Positions 55,250 to 56,687 of a stretch of 56,687 bases of DNA are shown one piece after another. Source of the stretch: Alphaproteobacteria bacterium (lineage in GTDB: Bacteria > Pseudomonadota > Alphaproteobacteria > SHWA01); assembly GCA_009693995.1 (NCBI GenBank), contig SHWA01000004.1, positions 1-56,687 of the forward strand, read 5' to 3'. The notes under the pieces were generated by a model that was not told where the DNA came from, made no database searches, and saw only the letters and a list, made by a program, of their open reading frames with translations. Position numbers and translations under genes: made by a program. Numbering within the stretch: position 1 is the stretch's first letter; the number at the start of each line of letters is the position of its first letter.

Positions 55250-55641
55250 CCGTCGGCCCCCCGGCTGGGAGCGCGGGGCGCGCAGAAGAGATCGTAGAGC
55301 ACCGCGATCACCCGGCGGGCGGCCTCGCTGCCGAGGGAATAGTAGATCGTCTGCGCCGCGCGCAGGGTCACCACCAGACCGTCGCGGCGCAGCCGCGCCA
55401 GGTGCTGCGAGAGCGCCGACTGGCTCAAGCCCACCAGCGCCTCGAGCTGAGTGACGGAGCGCTCCTGCTGGCAGAGATGGCAGAGCACCAGGAGCCGGCT
55501 CTCGTTGCCGAGCGCTTTCAGCAGCGCGGCCGCGCTGCCCGCGTTCTGCCGGAGCACCGCGAGCGCCTCCGGCGGCACCGCCGCCAAGGCGACCAGGCCG
55601 CCGTTGTCCGCCTCCCTCCGCAGTTCTGGCGGTGCCGTCAT
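55240..55641 (-). CDS. ArsR/SmtB family repressor, BigR/SqrR-like
   Basis: LLKALGNESRLLVLCHL, LSQSALSQHLARLR, QTIYYSL, LYDLFC. Confidence 0.88.
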   Translation of the reverse strand: MTAPPELRREADNGGLVALAAVPPEALAVLRQNAGSAAALLKALGNESRLLVLCHLCQQERSVTQLEALVGLSQSALSQHLARLRRDGLVVTLRAAQTIYYSLGSEAARRVIAVLYDLFCAPRAPSRGADGQA

Positions 55642-55688
55642 CCGCGCCCCCGCCACATACGAGGGCAGCGACGCCATGGCACGACCCG

Positions 55689-56120
55689 CTACTCGACCCG
55701 GCTGAACCGGGGCTTCAGGCGGCGGTGTGCGAACTTCCAGACGCCGCCCTCGCGCACATAGCGGTCGTAATAGTCGCCGATCAGGGTCGGCCGGTCGTAA
55801 GGAATCGCGGGGCTGTCCTCGGTGTAGGGGCCGGGGACGCGGTAGAGCGTCAGGTAGACCACGCCCTCGGCCGCGTTCGCGCTTGCGATCTCGAACCAGT
55901 GGTTGGTGCAGACATGGCGCGTCACCATCTGCGGGCGGGTGCGAAAATTGTTGAGGATCGCCTCGTGGCCCTTGTGCGTGCGGCCCAGCACCTCCAGGGT
56001 GGCGTCCGCCGTGAACAGCTTGACGAAGGACGCGAAGTCCTGGGTATCGGCGAGGCGGCAATAGGCGGTCGTCAGCTTCGACAGATCCCACTCGATCAGC
56101 ATCTTGTCTTGGATGTTCAT
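55689..56120 (-). CDS. SnoaL/NTF2-like family protein
   Basis: YCRLAD, LFTADA, TRHVCTN, YYDRYVREGGVWKFAHR. Confidence 0.85.
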   Translation of the reverse strand: MNIQDKMLIEWDLSKLTTAYCRLADTQDFASFVKLFTADATLEVLGRTHKGHEAILNNFRTRPQMVTRHVCTNHWFEIASANAAEGVVYLTLYRVPGPYTEDSPAIPYDRPTLIGDYYDRYVREGGVWKFAHRRLKPRFSRVE

Positions 56121-56265
56121 GGCTTCCTGCTCCCGTACCCGCGGCGAAGGGTGGCGCGCAGTTTCCGCCAGCGCCTGCCACCTCGCAAGGGCGAGGTGGG
56201 CGCCCCTTTGCCCCGGCGGGTTCGGTTCGCGACATTGTGATCGCCGGAGCGGGTTCGCCCAGGCG

Positions 56266-56637
56266 ATGCCGGGAGCCGCCATTTTCCTCGCCCTGGTGCT
56301 GGTTGGCCCTGGCGCCCTGGCCGCCGACCCGGTGGAGGGGGCGAAGATCGCCAAGCGCTGCAGTCCCTGCCACAGCTTCCAGGCGGGCGGCGCCCACGGG
56401 GCATTCGCGCCCAACCTGTTCGGCGTGCTCGGCCGCACCGCCGGGAGGGCTCCCGGCTACCCCACCTATTCGCCCGCCATGCGCGAGTCCGGCATCGTCT
56501 GGACCGCGGCCGCCCTGGATCAGTACCTGGCCCGCCCGCGCGGCTTCATCCCGGGCAGCGCCAAGCAGTTCCCGGCCGTGCGCAACCCGGCCGAGCGCGC
56601 CGATGTGGTGGCCTATCTGGCGACCCTGCACCCCTGA
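56266..56637 (+). CDS. Class I cytochrome c (c2/c550-like)
   Basis: Signal peptide, CSPCH, APNLFGVLGR, YSPAM, ERADVVAYL. Confidence 0.88.
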   Translation: MPGAAIFLALVLVGPGALAADPVEGAKIAKRCSPCHSFQAGGAHGAFAPNLFGVLGRTAGRAPGYPTYSPAMRESGIVWTAAALDQYLARPRGFIPGSAKQFPAVRNPAERADVVAYLATLHP

Positions 56638-56687
56638 GCCACGCCGAGGCATTCCCCAATGCACGATCTCCTCTCCGCCCTCGCCCT

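Noticed and set aside
56659-56687. ORF start MHDLLSALA at the window end
   Set aside because: Too short to assign; it is cut by the window edge.

Overview
High-GC alphaproteobacterial chromosome, probably Rhodospirillales-like. This is inferred from the two-piece tmRNA, the thyX-ssrA-sspB-fumA block and the tRNA-Val-cpdR-N-formylglutamate amidohydrolase-mmgR block. The main theme is a dispersed ~22 kb organosulfonate catabolism region. Three possible entry routes appear to converge on xsc-pta: hpsN plus a beta-hydroxyacid dehydrogenase, tauABC plus an omega-aminotransferase, and sauS plus a SucCD-like CoA ligase. A TPP-riboswitch-controlled thiC follows xsc-pta. The window also carries PEP-CTERM system parts: prsT, two substrates with variant SEP/AEP sorting signals, and a sigma54/IHF/enhancer promoter. 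Three unrelated families of palindromic REP/REPIN/MITE-like elements are present; one supplies stop codons to neighbouring genes and abuts a truncated lysE. Other notable items are a decaying ~4.5 kb block, a catalytically degenerate ATPase-wHTH-nuclease protein, a QueC-like PP-loop protein and a cytochrome c with Lys at the axial Met position. Several single-base frameshifts may be assembly errors. No CRISPR array, integrase or intact transposase was seen. All family assignments come from motif recognition by eye; no searches were run.
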